Part shown: positions 12,671 to 26,299 of the stretch, in pieces
How positions within the stretch are numbered: position 1 is the stretch's first letter
Layout of the letters: each line of letters begins with the position of its first letter
Origin: Haliotis rubra
Lineage: Eukaryota
NCBI RefSeq assembly: GCF_003918875.1
Contig: NW_025765170.1
Location: 930,001-994,000, forward strand
Length of the DNA stretch: 64,000 nt
Reading direction: 5' to 3'
Notes under the pieces: generated by a model
Seen by the model: only the letters and a program-made list of their open reading frames with translations
Database searches by the model: none
What the model was told of the DNA's origin: nothing
Translations under genes and position numbers: made by a program

Positions 12671-13465
12671 AAGGTCGTTAGAGATCACATTCCTCGATTT
12701 ATTAAATGCCCCTTCAGTGTTGTCTTTTTACACGTAATTGCAGTTACCTTTCAAATCCTTGCAAGAAATCAGTTAAAGCAATATTTACAGACCTTATGAT
12801 CCAGCATGTTCTATTTAATGTCCCATGACGTGATATTCATGCGTGTCTACTGTTTTCAGTGACACCCAAAATCAATTACTTTGACTTTGTTTTCCTGGCG
12901 TGCTTCAATTCATACTGTATACAGACCACGTGTTCAATTTAGGAGATGTGACATTGGGTATTAGGAACACGTGTATAGTCAGCGAAGAAAACAGACGTTC
13001 GTGAGCTGTAAGACTTTCCACACAGCGGGATGTTTTTAAACGACGATTGAGAGATGTATTTGACACTGACTGCTGTAGAATTCTTAATTACCACACGAAC
13101 AATGACGGGGTGGTAAATACAGCAGGTGTTGGCTTTTCAATAACAAGAATTTACATGGAGAGGCATTAGTTCTGTTATGCGAAGCCAAATGCTAGTTAGA
13201 GGTTGTTACCGCATAAACTCACTCACTTAATCTTGTTTTTGAAGCAAACATCCTGTTACATTGAGGCGTGGATAAATCCATGGTTGAAAAGAAGCGACAA
13301 AACGTTTTTTCCATGTTTTTAAGAAACTTCTGCAGAAAGCAGACTCGATGGTACGATTTCGACAAACATGCGCATGAGGATGAATCACTATTAAACTGTG
13401 ATAATACCAGAAGATCTCGGGAAGGTGAGTGCATCTTTTTCAACTTTGGTTTGCTTTGGTTTGAT

Positions 13466-13650
13466 GTTGTTTGACGCCGCACTCAGCAATATTCCAGCTA
13501 CATGGCAGTGGTCTGTAAATAATCCAGTCTGGACCAGACAATCCAGTGATCAACAGCATGAGGAACGATCTACGCAACTGGGATACAATGACATGTGTCA
13601 ACCAAGTCAGCAAGTCTGACCACCCAAACCCGTTGGTCGCCTCTTACGAC
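13466..13650 (-). mobile_element. SINE-like family B copy, head truncated
   Basis: Reverse complement of the family B body up to gtcgcctcttacgac. Confidence 0.85.
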
Positions 13651-16600
13651 GTCAAGTACCTGTTCAACTAGTACACACATCATACACACATGCAAAAGCA
13701 AGTCAATTATCTAAAATTATCATATGGAATTGTATTGGACATCAATGTTATCACTGATACTCAAATTAAATGTTCTCCACATGTCGACTACAAAACTTTT
13801 CAAGTTTCCACTGAGGCATTGAACAACCTTTGAGCAAGATTCGTATGAGAATCGTTCTCTATTCACGCCGAAAGAACGGATTCGATTGTCCACATTTCTA
13901 AATGTATCTAATTTCATAGATCCATTTCGTGAAGTTTCTAGGGTGGGACATAATAATAATTTTTTGATTTGTTCGATTATCATGCTATCATCAAATGGTT
14001 TGCCTGATTCACTGATCGGACAGTACATCGATGTGACCGAGTTGTATCACGTCGGACACAAGTCAGCTTGTGAAAGCGCGAATTGGTGTAGTTGTGTACG
14101 CAAATCATGCGGAAACCTATGGGCACCGGTATGGGACTCATAAATCTTCAAACACAATCAGCGGAAGCGGGAATCAATCCCACGATTATAAGAGTCTTGA
14201 ACTCCTAACTCTTCACACGACTTGACCATCAGTTCCCCATATAACGACGAGATCAACCTTCTCCGATTTCAGTCATATCCCCATTTTTCCATGACACAAT
14301 CTATTATGTCGTGTTTTTCTTTGGCATACATGATTCTAATGACCGGAAATCAAAGGGAAGATTGGCAATGAATTATCACCACATATGTATCTGAATTCAC
14401 ATTCAATAATTCAATACCTCTTTTTTTAAAGACTAGAAACAAAAAAAATCACCGCGCAGTTGCATAATTGGAAATGGAGATGCAACAGTCAGGGTATTTC
14501 AACACGCATTTCCTCCAAATTGTTATTAAAGTATTCCAACGGTGTAATTGGCTTGCAGTTATTACTTATGCATCGATTAGAGCAAACAGTTTCAAACTTT
14601 GATTTGATGTAGGGCCAGCGAGGGGTGCTATATATAACATCCACCAAATCCCCCCAGCAAACCACAGTTTACCAAGAATTACCCGAATCGCCTTTGTTAA
14701 TCATCGCAGTTAGCTTTAACTTTGATGAAAAACGACACTTTTCGATCGCTCCACGTCTTATGGTTTCAAGCTGTTTGTTACCAGTCTCCTTCAAGGCTCC
14801 TCATTAGCAATGTTGGGAGTTGCATCCACGTCCCTTGCGGCGTCGCCGTCGTCGCCATATTAGCGTTGGTCCGTCTGACGTCGTCTACAACGTTTTTCCA
14901 GCCATAATTATCGCGATCACTTCCGATTTGCTACTTGTGCCTTCTCAAGGGGCTGTTGGGCATTGTTGATCCAAGAATCGCCCTCCAGGAATGCGTTAGA
15001 ACGTGTAATTAAGGTGGACTTGTTCCCGTGTTTGTGGTTAGATTTACCTTCAGTTTGGACCTTCTGTGGGGATTGTCGGGGGTGTTCCAGGCACACGAAA
15101 GGGGAGGAGTCTTGTGCATATCCATAGAATATCTCATCTTCACAAGAAACCGGGTCTGATGTTTGAAACATGTATGCAACCGTGCTAGGAATGGGCTTGC
15201 ATTTTTCAAAATAACATCTGTCCCCAAATTCTCTATAAAATGCATGTTTCCTCAGGTTTTGCATCCTAAACATCATTCACTATGCACACTGACTGTTCCG
15301 CAAATAAAATGTGTTGGGGGATATAATATCAATTTGTCTCGTGGCCTTTTCTAGTTTATTACTTCTTCGGTTATTCAGTCGCGTTGTACATAAAACAGGA
15401 ACCTTTAAATTCATAATTCTTGAAACAGATCGTCTGGGCTAGATATCTTTCGAAAGTGGCCTTTCTAATATTTATATGTACATGATTGTTAAAATGTCTA
15501 AAAATAATTCTCATACCGTATAACTATTCCTATTAGTGAACTTTTATAATTAATGTGGCAGTTGTTTAGTCGAATTTCTAATCTCGAAATTGACAAACAA
15601 ATATACTGATTAAGAAAATTTCTCATACGAAGTGACAAGTACGTAAGATTTCGGAAACACAAACCCATTTAGCAATATTAATTGCAGAAGTTGAAAGACA
15701 ATCTCATTTGTTTTACAAGTATGTGCCATCTAAACGTGTGCACGACCGTCCTTCATGAAGGGTATGGTGTATACATGATATCAATCACTCTGTACAGCCT
15801 TTCTGTAAAACTTTGGAGAACATGTCAAAAGTCTAACAACTTGATGTATATTATAACAGCTCCCACAAGTTATTACTTTTGAAGACTTAACCCAGGGATT
15901 GTGGTTTCATAGCACGGCCTAATGTTGTGATTGGCTAAAAAACACTTTAGAAGAATCTGATTATCAGTCGCGGGCATGGATCCCAAACCAAAATTATCCG
16001 TCTTGACGAAAATGACCTTTTTGTCATGCTAACCACAGACAAGAAATACAATAAAGGTTTAAGGAACATCGCAAAATGTGCTTAAGTCCAGGACAAAACA
16101 TCGTCCATGTAAGATTAAGTCGCGTTGGAAAAAGCACTGGGGAAAAAACTCAACGGTTATATCTCACGTTTCATGCACCTTCTTCCGTTTCACAGAGTTA
16201 TTGATTTTCAAATAAATGAATTTCCTGGCGGTTAGGGCCTCAACTGATAGGGTCTTCTCTGTCCAGCACGAACCCAACTACTTTCAAGCCCTTTCTGGTG
16301 CGTGACTGGGTCCAGAAGTGACGCCGTCGACAAACGTAACCCTTCTTCAACCGAGGAAGCTCATGTCTTTTATCTTTTTGCAAGGAACGTCTAAAGTGAT
16401 TATTAAACATTTTGTACAAAACTTGGCAAGGAGAGCTAGATTTAACCCAATCGGATTTGCAAATGATTCTATCTGAATGTAATAACTTCGGATGAAACAG
16501 CGTGCACGATGTCAATATCCCTCGACATTAACGAGATCATCTATCATATCGTTAAGCAAAACTACCGATACCTTCTTCACAGAGATGCGAGACCTTCAAG

Positions 16601-17347
16601 CATGTAACTGGAACCAAACCGTTACCTATTATTACTTGTCATGTTACTGTAGAATGCAATCAATCCATACCTACTCGCTTCTCAGACGTTCAGTTAATTA
16701 TAATTCAATATATACTCCTTGGAGGTATCTGTTGTTTTTGTGCAATACTTCGAGACAGTTAACGCGCTCATATACAAATTTAATTGCTTCAAACGATTGC
16801 ATATTTCGTTGAAATTCGGGAAACATTTACACTACTTTCGTAGATTAACGTTGAATTTTTAGGATGCCTAATAGGTATTAATCGTGAAAAAACACTCTAC
16901 AAGATACTTCAAAATAATCTTTTGTGCAAAGGTGCCCCATTGCTCGCTCCGAAGACGCTCATATGTCACATTATTGCACTCAACATATTGCACGAATGAT
17001 TTCTCACGAGATTACATGAAAACGAAAAAGGGAAAGAATAATCGGACATTTTTTCATTTTCAGAAACGTTGCTATCTTAAATACAGAAAACGTATATGGT
17101 TGAAATGTCTAGTACATGCATAAATACATGGGGACAAGTGTCTTTCTCTCATGTGGTTTTCCTGGACCTATGATTATTGTCTGTGATGTAAAAAATAAGT
17201 TTCAGGGGGATGTTTTTAAACAAAATGTGTCTGGTTTGACATGATTTATTTCTAAACAAATATGAATAATGAAGGATTTATTGTTAATATCTGGAGACTT
17301 TATAAAACGTAAAATGTACAAAAAATATTTATATGGCCACAATAGGG

Positions 17348-17435
17348 GAGTGAGTGAGTATGGTTTTACACCGCTTTTAGCAATATTCAAGCCAAATCCC
17401 GACGGGGACACCAGGAATGGGCTTCACACATTGTA
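17348..17435 (-). mobile_element. SINE family A 3' fragment
   Basis: gagtgagtgagtatggttttacaccgcttttagcaatattc..ggggacaccaggaatgggcttcacacattgta. Confidence 0.8.
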
Positions 17436-18699
17436 TCACAATAGGGTCATATTTAAATGATGATCGTTTATATATTGTGAAATTAATCTATTTTTTTTCA
17501 CACAACACTCACAACAATCCAGTCAGAAATCGGTGTCCCAGGAATATCTCAGTTAGAATTGGTCTTTAGCATCTCATGCTTCTGCCGTGAAGAGAGTGAC
17601 AGATTAGGTCCATGCGTGTGATCGTTATTTCGAAAGCCATCAGATACAATGCAGCTGGAATATGACTGAGCGCATCCTTGCACCACAAATAAGCATTATT
17701 CCTGTAAATAATATCCATTTGAAGATGACCAGATAAACCTCTGATTAAAACTAAATGCCAAATCTAACTCCATCAGAGTACGATTTAATCGCCACTGGCG
17801 ATATGTATGGTTCTCAAAGGACATAACCTAAACCGAAATCCAACGACTTCATAATCAACTAAATATTGAAATACTTGGACTACTATCTTTGCACAGAAAC
17901 GAGGAATTGGCGTTCAAATATTCCTCCTCATCGATTCGAATACATTGTTTGAGAACATTAACAAACCCAGCATGGGCATAATGATGAACGATTATTTCAA
18001 TATTTTCTATGGCAGAGTGAAACCAACAAATTTATCCCTAGTAGTTAAATTCAAGACACATTTCGTATGTAAATGTGGTAACGGCAGTTCATATTACTTT
18101 TGGGCAAGAAATATTTCCTCAAGAACATTAGATGCTATTCCACTAAAAAAATGACAAATTTGAAACCGAAGTCTCGAAGTATGAAGACGTGGTTAGAAAT
18201 GTAGCTGCCGCAATTCCCTGTTAGTAAAGGACGTTTAAATTGAGTAAGTCCCTCTGAGGAAGCTTGTGTCACGTCATAATTCTCTCGCTGCGGTTAACAT
18301 CTCTTTCGTCTTAATAGACGACTGTGTAAATTAAATTTTGAGAAAAAGTTTCAATACGATCCTTCTGTACGCGAAGAGGAGGAAATATAGTTTTGTTTGA
18401 ATAGGGTGATTACTTCATCAGTTCGTGAGAGTGTCTCATGGGATGAAATGTTTTTTTATCAGAGTGAGAGCGGGAGATTGCTATCTTGTGGATGGTAAAC
18501 ACCGCAAGAGATGTTTCAAATGATATGAGTTAGCCAACCACTAAATTGTTTTTTCGCAGACACGCTTCCAAAAGGGAGTTGTTGTTGTTGTTGTAGCAAT
18601 AACATTCGAGGTAGAGTGATTGAGTGATGGAATATAGCTCACCTGAATAAAAGGTAACTCAACGGTAGTGGCCTGTGTGTTAATCGCTGTGTTTTGGTG

Positions 18700-19050
18700 T
18701 GTGTGTTGTTTACTGCCGCTCACGGCCATATTCAAGTTGTAAATCGCCGGCCTCTAAACCTCTGGACCAGGCAAATCCAGTGTTTGACATCATGGATATC
18801 AGTTGACGCAATTGGGTGAGTGAGTGAGTTTGGTTTTACGCCGCTTTTAGCAATATTCCAGCAATATCACGGCGGGGGACACCAGAAATGAGCTTCACAC
18901 AATGTACCCATGTGGGGACTCGAACCCGGGTCTTCGGCGTGACGAGCGAACGCTTTAACCACCAGGCTACCCCCCGACGCAATTGGACTACGATCACATG
19001 CAACAACCAAGAAGTGTAAAGCGAGTATGGGTTGCTGAAGACCAATTCTG
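18700..19050 (-). mobile_element. Old family B copy interrupted by a family A insertion
   Basis: B-like sequence on both sides of 18816-18975. Confidence 0.7.
18816..18975 (-). mobile_element. SINE family A, young full-length copy
   Basis: Perfect 11-bp TSD gacgcaattgg (18805-18815 and 18976-18986); A and B boxes. Confidence 0.95.
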
Positions 19051-19301
19051 CACCAATGAAGTTGAAATGTTACATCCTTGTTTCATGAATTTTAAAAACA
19101 CCAGCGGTTTCTGATTATCAGATTTTCGATATGGCCGTAATGTTAGAAGGCAGTCTTGTTTGACATTTTAAACTACTGATTACACATCGAGTGAGTCCCG
19201 ATTTAGCAAAACAGTAAACTGTTATTGTTTTACATCCCTTTATGAGATAATACGGATATATACAAGCAAAATGTGCTTTATACATTGTACCCATGTTTGG
19301 A

Positions 19302-19647
19302 GGTGGGTGAGGTGAAAGTGGGTTTTACGTCGTGCTTGAGAATATTTCGCTCATATGACGACGTGCATGCGTGTGTCTGTGTGCTTGTACTAGCCCAGAC
19401 TGAAGCTGGCTTTATAGTGCTAGCCCACTGAGATACCATGCCGCAGTGAAGCATGAATACCCCACTCAGACACATTATACTGACTCTGAGCCGACCAGTC
19501 CTTGTTGTACCCATTAATGCCGAGCTCCAGGCAGGGACCAACAAGTACCATATTTTAACGTCTTTTGGTATGACGCGGTCGGGGATCGAACCCGCGACCT
19601 TCCGCTCTCCAGGCGGACGCTCTAACCACTACACCACGGAGGCGGTC
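19302..19647 (-). mobile_element. tRNA-derived Meta/MESC-domain SINE (family C)
   Basis: Reverse complement: tRNA head tggtgtagtggttagagcg..ggttcgatccc, then ggactggtcggctcagagtcagtataatgtgtctgagtgggg..cagtgggctagcactataaa (Meta-like core); TSD cccatgtttgga at 19290-19301 and 19648-19659. Confidence 0.85.
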
Positions 19648-19790
19648 CCCATGTTTGGAATTAAAAACGAACGTATCAACCTTTCGGCCACCCACGGTAA
19701 CTTTTACTGTTCAGATGACCAGTTCCATGAAGAATCGACAATCCGCCGCCATTGTTACCAAACGATCCTCCATCTGGGACTTCTTCATTT

Positions 19791-19951
19791 GGGCGGTGCG
19801 GTAGCCTGGTGGCTAAAGCGTTCGCTCGTCACGCCGAAGACCCGGGATCGATGCCCCACATGGGCTCAATGTGTGAAGCCCATTTCTTGTGTCCCTGCCT
19901 TGATATTGCTGGAATATTGCTAAAAGCGAAGTAAAACTAAACTCACTCACT
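19791..19951 (+). mobile_element. SINE family A
   Basis: gggcggtgcggtagcctggtggctaaagcgttcgctcgtcacgccgaagacccggg...aaactcactcac. Confidence 0.9.
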
Positions 19952-21699
19952 TCTTAATAATAAATATCTGATATAACAGTGATGGGATTTTTAAATGTAT
20001 TAAGCTATTTCATATTGATTAAAGTTTTTATTAAAAATATCCGACTAAAGTGTGATCAGGTAATAAGAATGAAAAATGATGTTTGCAGTTTACCCCTGAT
20101 AATCCGGACGCACATAATCTCAACAGTTATTATTGTCAGGCAAACAGTTTTACAATTCACCTGAACAATGTTTTGTGGGTCAGATTGGTTCAAAGAAATA
20201 TGTCTTCCCAGTTTAAGGATACAGTGACGAGGATCATGATCCACCATACCCATTCCCTGCGTTCCTATCGCTTAATAAGTAAATACACGGTTCCCCATCA
20301 AAAGGAATATACATCAAATAACTAGTACTAAATGATTGTTACAGTGATGATTAATTTATCGAAGAAAGCACGGTCTACAATGTAGGAAATGATTTGTTTA
20401 AGACACGAATACCAGTTCCCCCGCGAGAAAAAATAATTATCCGTGTGATCAGATTTCAGGCCTTCCTTGTCATGCGTATGTTCATCAAACCAAGCGTGTT
20501 CCTCCTTGGCCTGTTGCAGTAGAAAATAATCCAAAGAAACGTCTTCTTACACTTCCGAATGACCACTTCTTGACAATAAATGATTCCATATAGAAATTAA
20601 CTGAGATCGTTTGATGTATAACAGTTTCCAAATATTCATCTAAATCACATAAACCATATTCCAAATTGAATCTTGTTTACAAATAACGTGAAAAATTCAG
20701 TTTACCAATTGGCCACAACCGCCGGAACCAAAGGATCTTTACATGGTCACGAGGTTTAACCCTAGATTGACGACTGATGTAATGAAAACATCATAGGGTG
20801 AGTGTGATATTAACAATATGAATAAAAATTGAAGAAACCATTTTGAATCTAGCCATTAAGGTTCTAGGTAACACATGATGTTTAACACACAGACGGCACT
20901 GGCACCGCGGATCTGCTGCTGTACCTTTCTACATGCTAGATGTGTCGGTGAATGGTCACTGATTTTAAATAAGTACCCCGCTATAAACACAGTCATCCCG
21001 CGGTAGACGCTGGACGGGTTCAAAGCATCTTCGAAGCAGCAGCAATGTAGCTGTCAGTTTAAGGGCAAGGATCAATGCACTACAGGCAAAAGCTCTTTGC
21101 TGATGACAGCAGTGATGGTGGAATTCAGAGGCATTGAAACTCTGTATGGGGGACTTCGGCTTTGGAGTTATACGTTAATAGGCCTAAAATGTGCTTGTTA
21201 GTGAATGCCAGAGAAACTGCTTCAGCATCATTTTGGACATGAGCCGATGCCATATGATTCATTGGATGGAGGAGTGATCATTTATCACTAGGAGAGGAGT
21301 GAATTAAGATCGAATTGCATCTCTTTCTTGATGCAGCTTCCCCAGGTACATTGACTCAAGATTTAACTGATTTAAGAGGTGTTGGTTTTGTAGTATTGTC
21401 GAAATGTGGGAAGTTTACGTATGGGGTTGTTCGCCCAAGTGACATAAAATAGTGTAGTACTGTGTTTCATTTGGAGCCATTTGGGGGAAGGATTTGAGGA
21501 ACAATTTATGACCAATAGGACAGATTGAGATTGATCATTCTCTGGTGTTCCACATTTGAAAGAACCTAGATTATTAACTGATCCGGATTCCATTGGGGAA
21601 AAAGCCAACTAAGCCGTGAAGATTATGTTAAGAGATAACTGAAACAAAGTAGTAACCTCAGATGTTCGCGAAGAACCTGCAATTTCTACAGTTACCATA

Positions 21700-21860
21700 G
21701 GGGCGGTGGGGTAGCCTGGTCCTTTAAGTGTCCGCTCGTCACGCCGAAGACCCGGGGTCGATTCCCCACACGGGTACAATGTGTGAAGCCCATTTCAGGT
21801 GTCCCCTGCCGTGATATTGCTGGAATATTGCCAAAAGCGGCGTAACAAATATTAACTCAC
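21700..21860 (+). mobile_element. SINE family A
   Basis: Full length; TSD ctacagtta(c/g)cata. Confidence 0.9.
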
Positions 21861-22140
21861 TACAGTTAGCATAAAAAGCAAGACTTTGTGTTTGTCCGTT
21901 GCCTAACCGCCGAGATTCTTTGAAGTAACGTGACTCCTCCTTGTACAAGGATACATAAACATGACACGTCAGCATTAGACTTTCATTATGTAAGTGCGTG
22001 AGTATGGTTTTGCAAAATAACTTCATAGCAGTTGACACCAAGATTGGGCACCACACGTTGTACCCATGGTCAAATGAAGCCGGTGATTTGAACTCTGTAC
22101 CATGAAGCATTGTTTAGAAATACATTCACAAGTGCCAGCT

Positions 22141-22499
22141 AGACATTTTACACACAAGACTTAGTGTCAACTAGACGTTTGACACACAGGACTTAGTGTC
22201 AACTAGACGTTTTACACACAAGACTTAGTGTCAACTAGACATTTTACACACAAGACTTAGTGTCAACTAGACATTTTACACACAAGACTTAGTGTCAACT
22301 AGACGTTTTACACACAAGACTTAGTGTCAACTAGACAGTTTACACACACGACTTAGCGTCAACTAGACATTTTACACACAAGACTTAGCGTCAACTAGAC
22401 ATTTTACACACAAGACTTAGTGTCAACTAGACATTTTACACACAAGACTTAGTGTTAACTAGACGTTTTACACACAAGACTTAGTGTCAACTAGACGTT
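22141..22499. repeat. 32-bp minisatellite, 11 copies
   Basis: Unit agacattttacacacaagacttagtgtcaact, head-to-tail with no spacers. Confidence 0.95.
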
Positions 22500-22789
22500 A
22501 TATTCACTGAAACGGTGGTTGTGTCACGTAGGCTGCGATATGCCGGCTGTAAACATACGAATCGTTGGTCATTGGTATCGAATGAAAGCCAATGGGGAAA
22601 CATGAAGTTCATTCGTGAAAGCTTCCATTCTGCATCAGATAACCAATGTATCACCCAAACTGCTTCACCCCAATCAAACGTTCAACGTCTAGCCATATGG
22701 CGCGCCTATTACCGGATAGGTAGGATATCGTGGGTAGAAGCGGTTTCCAGTGCACTTTGCTTCGACTTGACAAATTGTATGTAATCGCA

Positions 22790-23645
22790 ACCGGATAGTT
22801 TCGGTCGCTGGTCATGCTTTCAGTGACTGATTCGTTTATGTCTGTCGTTGATTATGCTTATAGTCACAGATACCATGGCCTCGATCGTTGATCATGCCTG
22901 GTGTAATCGATCGGATGGTTTCGATCATTGATCATGCTTTCAGTCACTGATCGTTTGGTTTCGATCGTTGATCATGCCTTTAGTTAGTGATCTCACTCAT
23001 GCTTTCAGTCACGACACGAACACTCGATTGTTTGTATTGCTTTCAGTCACTCACCCGATGGTTTCGATCGTTGATCATGCTTTCTGTCACTGATCGTTTG
23101 GTTTCGATCGTTGATCATGCCTTCAGTTAGTGATCTCACTCATGCTTTCAGTCACGACACGAACACTCGATTGTTTGTATTGCTTTCAGTCACTCACCCG
23201 ATGGTTTCGATCGTTGATCATGCTTTCTGTCACTGATCGTTTGGTTTCGATCGTTGATCATGCTTTCAGTCACTGATCGTTTGGTTTCGATCGTTGATCA
23301 TGCTTTCAGTCACTGATCGTTGATCATGCTTTTTGGTTTCGATCGTTGATCATGCTTTCAGTCACTGATCGTTTGGTTTCGATCGTTGATCATGCTTTCA
23401 GTCACTGATCGTTTGTTTCGATCGTTGATCATGCTTTCAGTCACTGATCGTTTGGTTTCGATCGTTGATCATGCTTTCAGTCACTGATCGTTTGGTTTCG
23501 ATCGTTGATCATGCTTTCAGTCACTGATCGTTTGGTTTCGATCGTTGACCATTCTTTCAGTCACTGATCCATTAGCTTCGATCTTTGATAAGGCTTTCAG
23601 TCACTGTTCCATTAACTTCAATCGTTGATCAAGCTGTCAGTCACT
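22790..23645. repeat. 40-bp GATC-rich minisatellite
   Basis: Unit atcgttgatcatgctttcagtcactgatcgtttggtttcg; degenerate edges, homogeneous 23200-23560. Confidence 0.95.
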
Positions 23646-24249
23646 TACCCGAGACAAAGTCCAGCATGATACGAATGGTACATTGCTTAACGTGGCGGTA
23701 AACAGCATTCAGGGCAGAGAGCAATTCCCTATCTGTACTGAAGAGTCTTAAAACTTGGCTTACGCTGACAGTTGAACTATCAATACGATGGATAGCATCT
23801 TGTGTCGGTGTTCCTAATTACCTAGATTAGTTCATTTCTTGACAAAACGAGAGACTTAGCTCTCTGAAATAGAAAAAAGAGAGAACGTTAAGGATACTTT
23901 TACGTCTGGTAAGCAAGTCTTATGTTCTGCGAGAAATCAAATTTGAAAGTTTCTTATACAAGGGCACAGTGTTATTGCGCATTGTAGCTGGGTGATGCAT
24001 TACATAGCAACATGTTAGGTAATTTCTGTAGCATCATCTGTGTACCGAGTGCAAATAGGTTCCAGCGTCAAGGTTTCTTTGGAGTGGGGATAGCCTGTGG
24101 ATATACTGTTCCTCGTCAAGCAAATGTTTCAAGTTTGAATTGCAACAAATGGACAATGTCCCTACTTCGTTTTTTTTGGTATTCCCCATAGCGTTATAAT
24201 GATTCTCCAGTATCCACTACTTGTATGGGACTTTGCTCATAATACTCTA

Positions 24250-24495
24250 CCCGTGAAGATCCGAGATAGAATTTACCCATTACAGAATAGAATTGACCTA
24301 CAGTAACCCATGCTTGTCGTAGGAGGCGACTAACGGGATCGGGTGGTCATCGTGATTGCTGACATGGTTGACACGTCATCGTACCCCAACTGCGTAGGTA
24401 GATGCTCATGCTGTTGATCACTGGAACGTCTGGTCCAGACTCGATTATTTACAGACCGCCGCCATATAGCTGGAATATTGCTGAGTGCGGCAAAC
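24250..24495 (+). mobile_element. SINE-like family B copy
   Basis: cccgtgaagatcc... head with a small insertion, full body, tail. Confidence 0.85.
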
Positions 24496-24989
24496 CTAAC
24501 CAAGCTATTGTATTAGTCATTGCTTTGTCTGGTCGAAACTCCATTATTCGCAAGTGTGGCGTTACAGAACAAATGAAGAAACAGGTAACATGCTTGAGAT
24601 TGGGATCAGGGAACCACGATGCCTGCTGATTATAAGTAGTAATCAGCCAAACACCGCTGTGTCGAACGCACGGATGTCTCGAAGTAAACACATGGTCTCT
24701 GCATATTCGTTTGGTCATCATTTTGCGTTATGTCGAACCTCGGTTAAGTCGATGTATTTACGTCCCTTCAACTTTGACACAGCGATGTTTGTCTGTACTT
24801 AAATATGCAACAACCTTAGGAAACCAACTTCCAGCTGGGAATTCGAAGTAAGAATGGGTACACAGCACCTAGCATAAAACGTTAACGACAGAAAATAACC
24901 AGTCTCCACTATCCGACTTAATATATTCCGCTGAACGGAAAGGCCAAAATAGTGGTCCAGTCGTCAAATTCACCGTGCAAGAAACCTAT

Positions 24990-25190
24990 GAACGTGGGTT
25001 CAAGTCTCAGTGAACCCTAGTTTTGTTTCTGTGTTTGTCTGGAACATACCCGTTCTTGTGGGTTTTACCAACGTGGTCTATGTCTAAAACCTGTCTACAC
25101 TTCGGGTTTTGATCCCATATCAAACTGAGATACCGTACGTAATACACCTGGAATAATGTTCATATCGGCGTTACAACTACTCAACTCACT
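24990..25190 (+). mobile_element. Decayed SINE with the shared tail (V-domain/RUDI-like, tentative)
   Basis: B-box-like gggttcaagtctc; acttcgggttttgatcc; ends ctggaataatgttcatatcggcgttacaactactcaactcact. Confidence 0.45.
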
Positions 25191-25771
25191 GAATTGCCCC
25201 TACTATAACCAATACATAGATTTTTCAAGTTTTACCTATTCCTTGGAAGTTTTGTTTTTGATGACAATTATTAAAGTGATGGATGCCAGCGGAACAGCAG
25301 GAAGGTTGACCCTGTCGAGAAAACGGTGTCAACATTGTTGTTTAGCGATCCGTGGTGCCGTTGTCGCCACTGTATTACCTTGTCATGGAACCTGTCTCAG
25401 CGGAGACTTGAGCTTAGTTATGCCCTGGCGTTGACGGGTAAATATATTTATCAGTAAGTGAATATCTCTGAAGTGAAGTGCACTGATTAATCACGAGATG
25501 CTTTGAATGTAAATTTGTCTTTTTTTGTTTTTTTGGTTGGGTTGTTTCTTCTTTAACGCCACACTCACCACTTTTGGACCAGATAATCCAGTGATTGACA
25601 TCAAGAGCATCGATTTACATGCGATGGCATGCATCAACCAAGTCCTCGAACCTGACCTCCTGACAGTGGTTGTCGGGCCTTCACGTGTCTGATAACTGAG
25701 GATTCCATTCATCCATAACAGTACTATCCTTTTCAAAACGAATTGCCTAATTTGTTGTGTAATCTACTAAT

Positions 25772-25895
25772 GGGGGCGGTGGGATAGCCTTGTGGTTAAA
25801 GCTTTGGCTCGTCACGCCGAAGGCCCGGGTTCGATTCCCCACATGGGTATAATGTGTGAAGCCCATTTCTGGTGTCCCCCGCCGTGATATTGCTG
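25772..25895 (+). mobile_element. SINE family A with deleted tail
   Basis: gggggcggtgggatagccttgtggttaaagc..ggttcgattccccacatggg. Confidence 0.9.
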
Positions 25896-26250
25896 AAAAC
25901 CATCCTCACTATTACCATCATATACAGACGCGCGGGCCAGAGCCGAGTCTAGACTTATACCAGTTTTATAGTGCTAGCACACTGAGATAAGTGCCACGGT
26001 TTAACATGTAAAGCCCGCTCAGGGACAGTGTGCTGGTTTCAAGCCGGAACAGAACTTTTTACTAAAGTGTTTTCAGAATTCCTTTCTACCGCATCAAGAA
26101 AAAGTAAGAATTTAGATTTCTTTGTCTTGAAAGCGTCACCCCTTTAGGATGGTTATATTATCATTGATAACTTAAGACATATGTAAATCTTACTGTCTTT
26201 ACTTCTAAAAGTTTTTGTATTTGATTCTATTTAGAAGCATAAAGCTAGTG
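25836..26250. repeat. Segmental duplication, paralogue of 39121-39960
   Basis: Same order of SINE A 3' part, ctattaccatcatatacagacgc.cgggccagagccgagtctagacttataccag, and the unique AT-rich block ending tagaagcataaagctagtgt. Confidence 0.9.
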
Positions 26251-26299
26251 TTTTAGTGTAGTGTAGTGTAGCGGCGTAACACCAAACTCAATCACTCAC

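Noticed and set aside
10730-13263. Shared 13-mer tcctgttacattg (QCNR in two minus-strand ORFs)
   Set aside because: Isolated 13-mer matches are expected by chance in 64 kb, and the flanks do not align
15009-15245. AGC-kinase-like stretch SPFLARLHTCF
   Set aside because: No other kinase subdomains or convincing splice sites nearby
22141-22499. 32-bp repeats resembling a CRISPR array
   Set aside because: Units are head-to-tail with no unique spacers, there are no cas genes, and the context is eukaryotic
24402-24629. Recurrent short ORFs of the type MLMLLITGLSGPDSIIYRPPPYSWNIAECG
   Set aside because: Translations of SINE family B copies, with frameshifts and stops differing between copies
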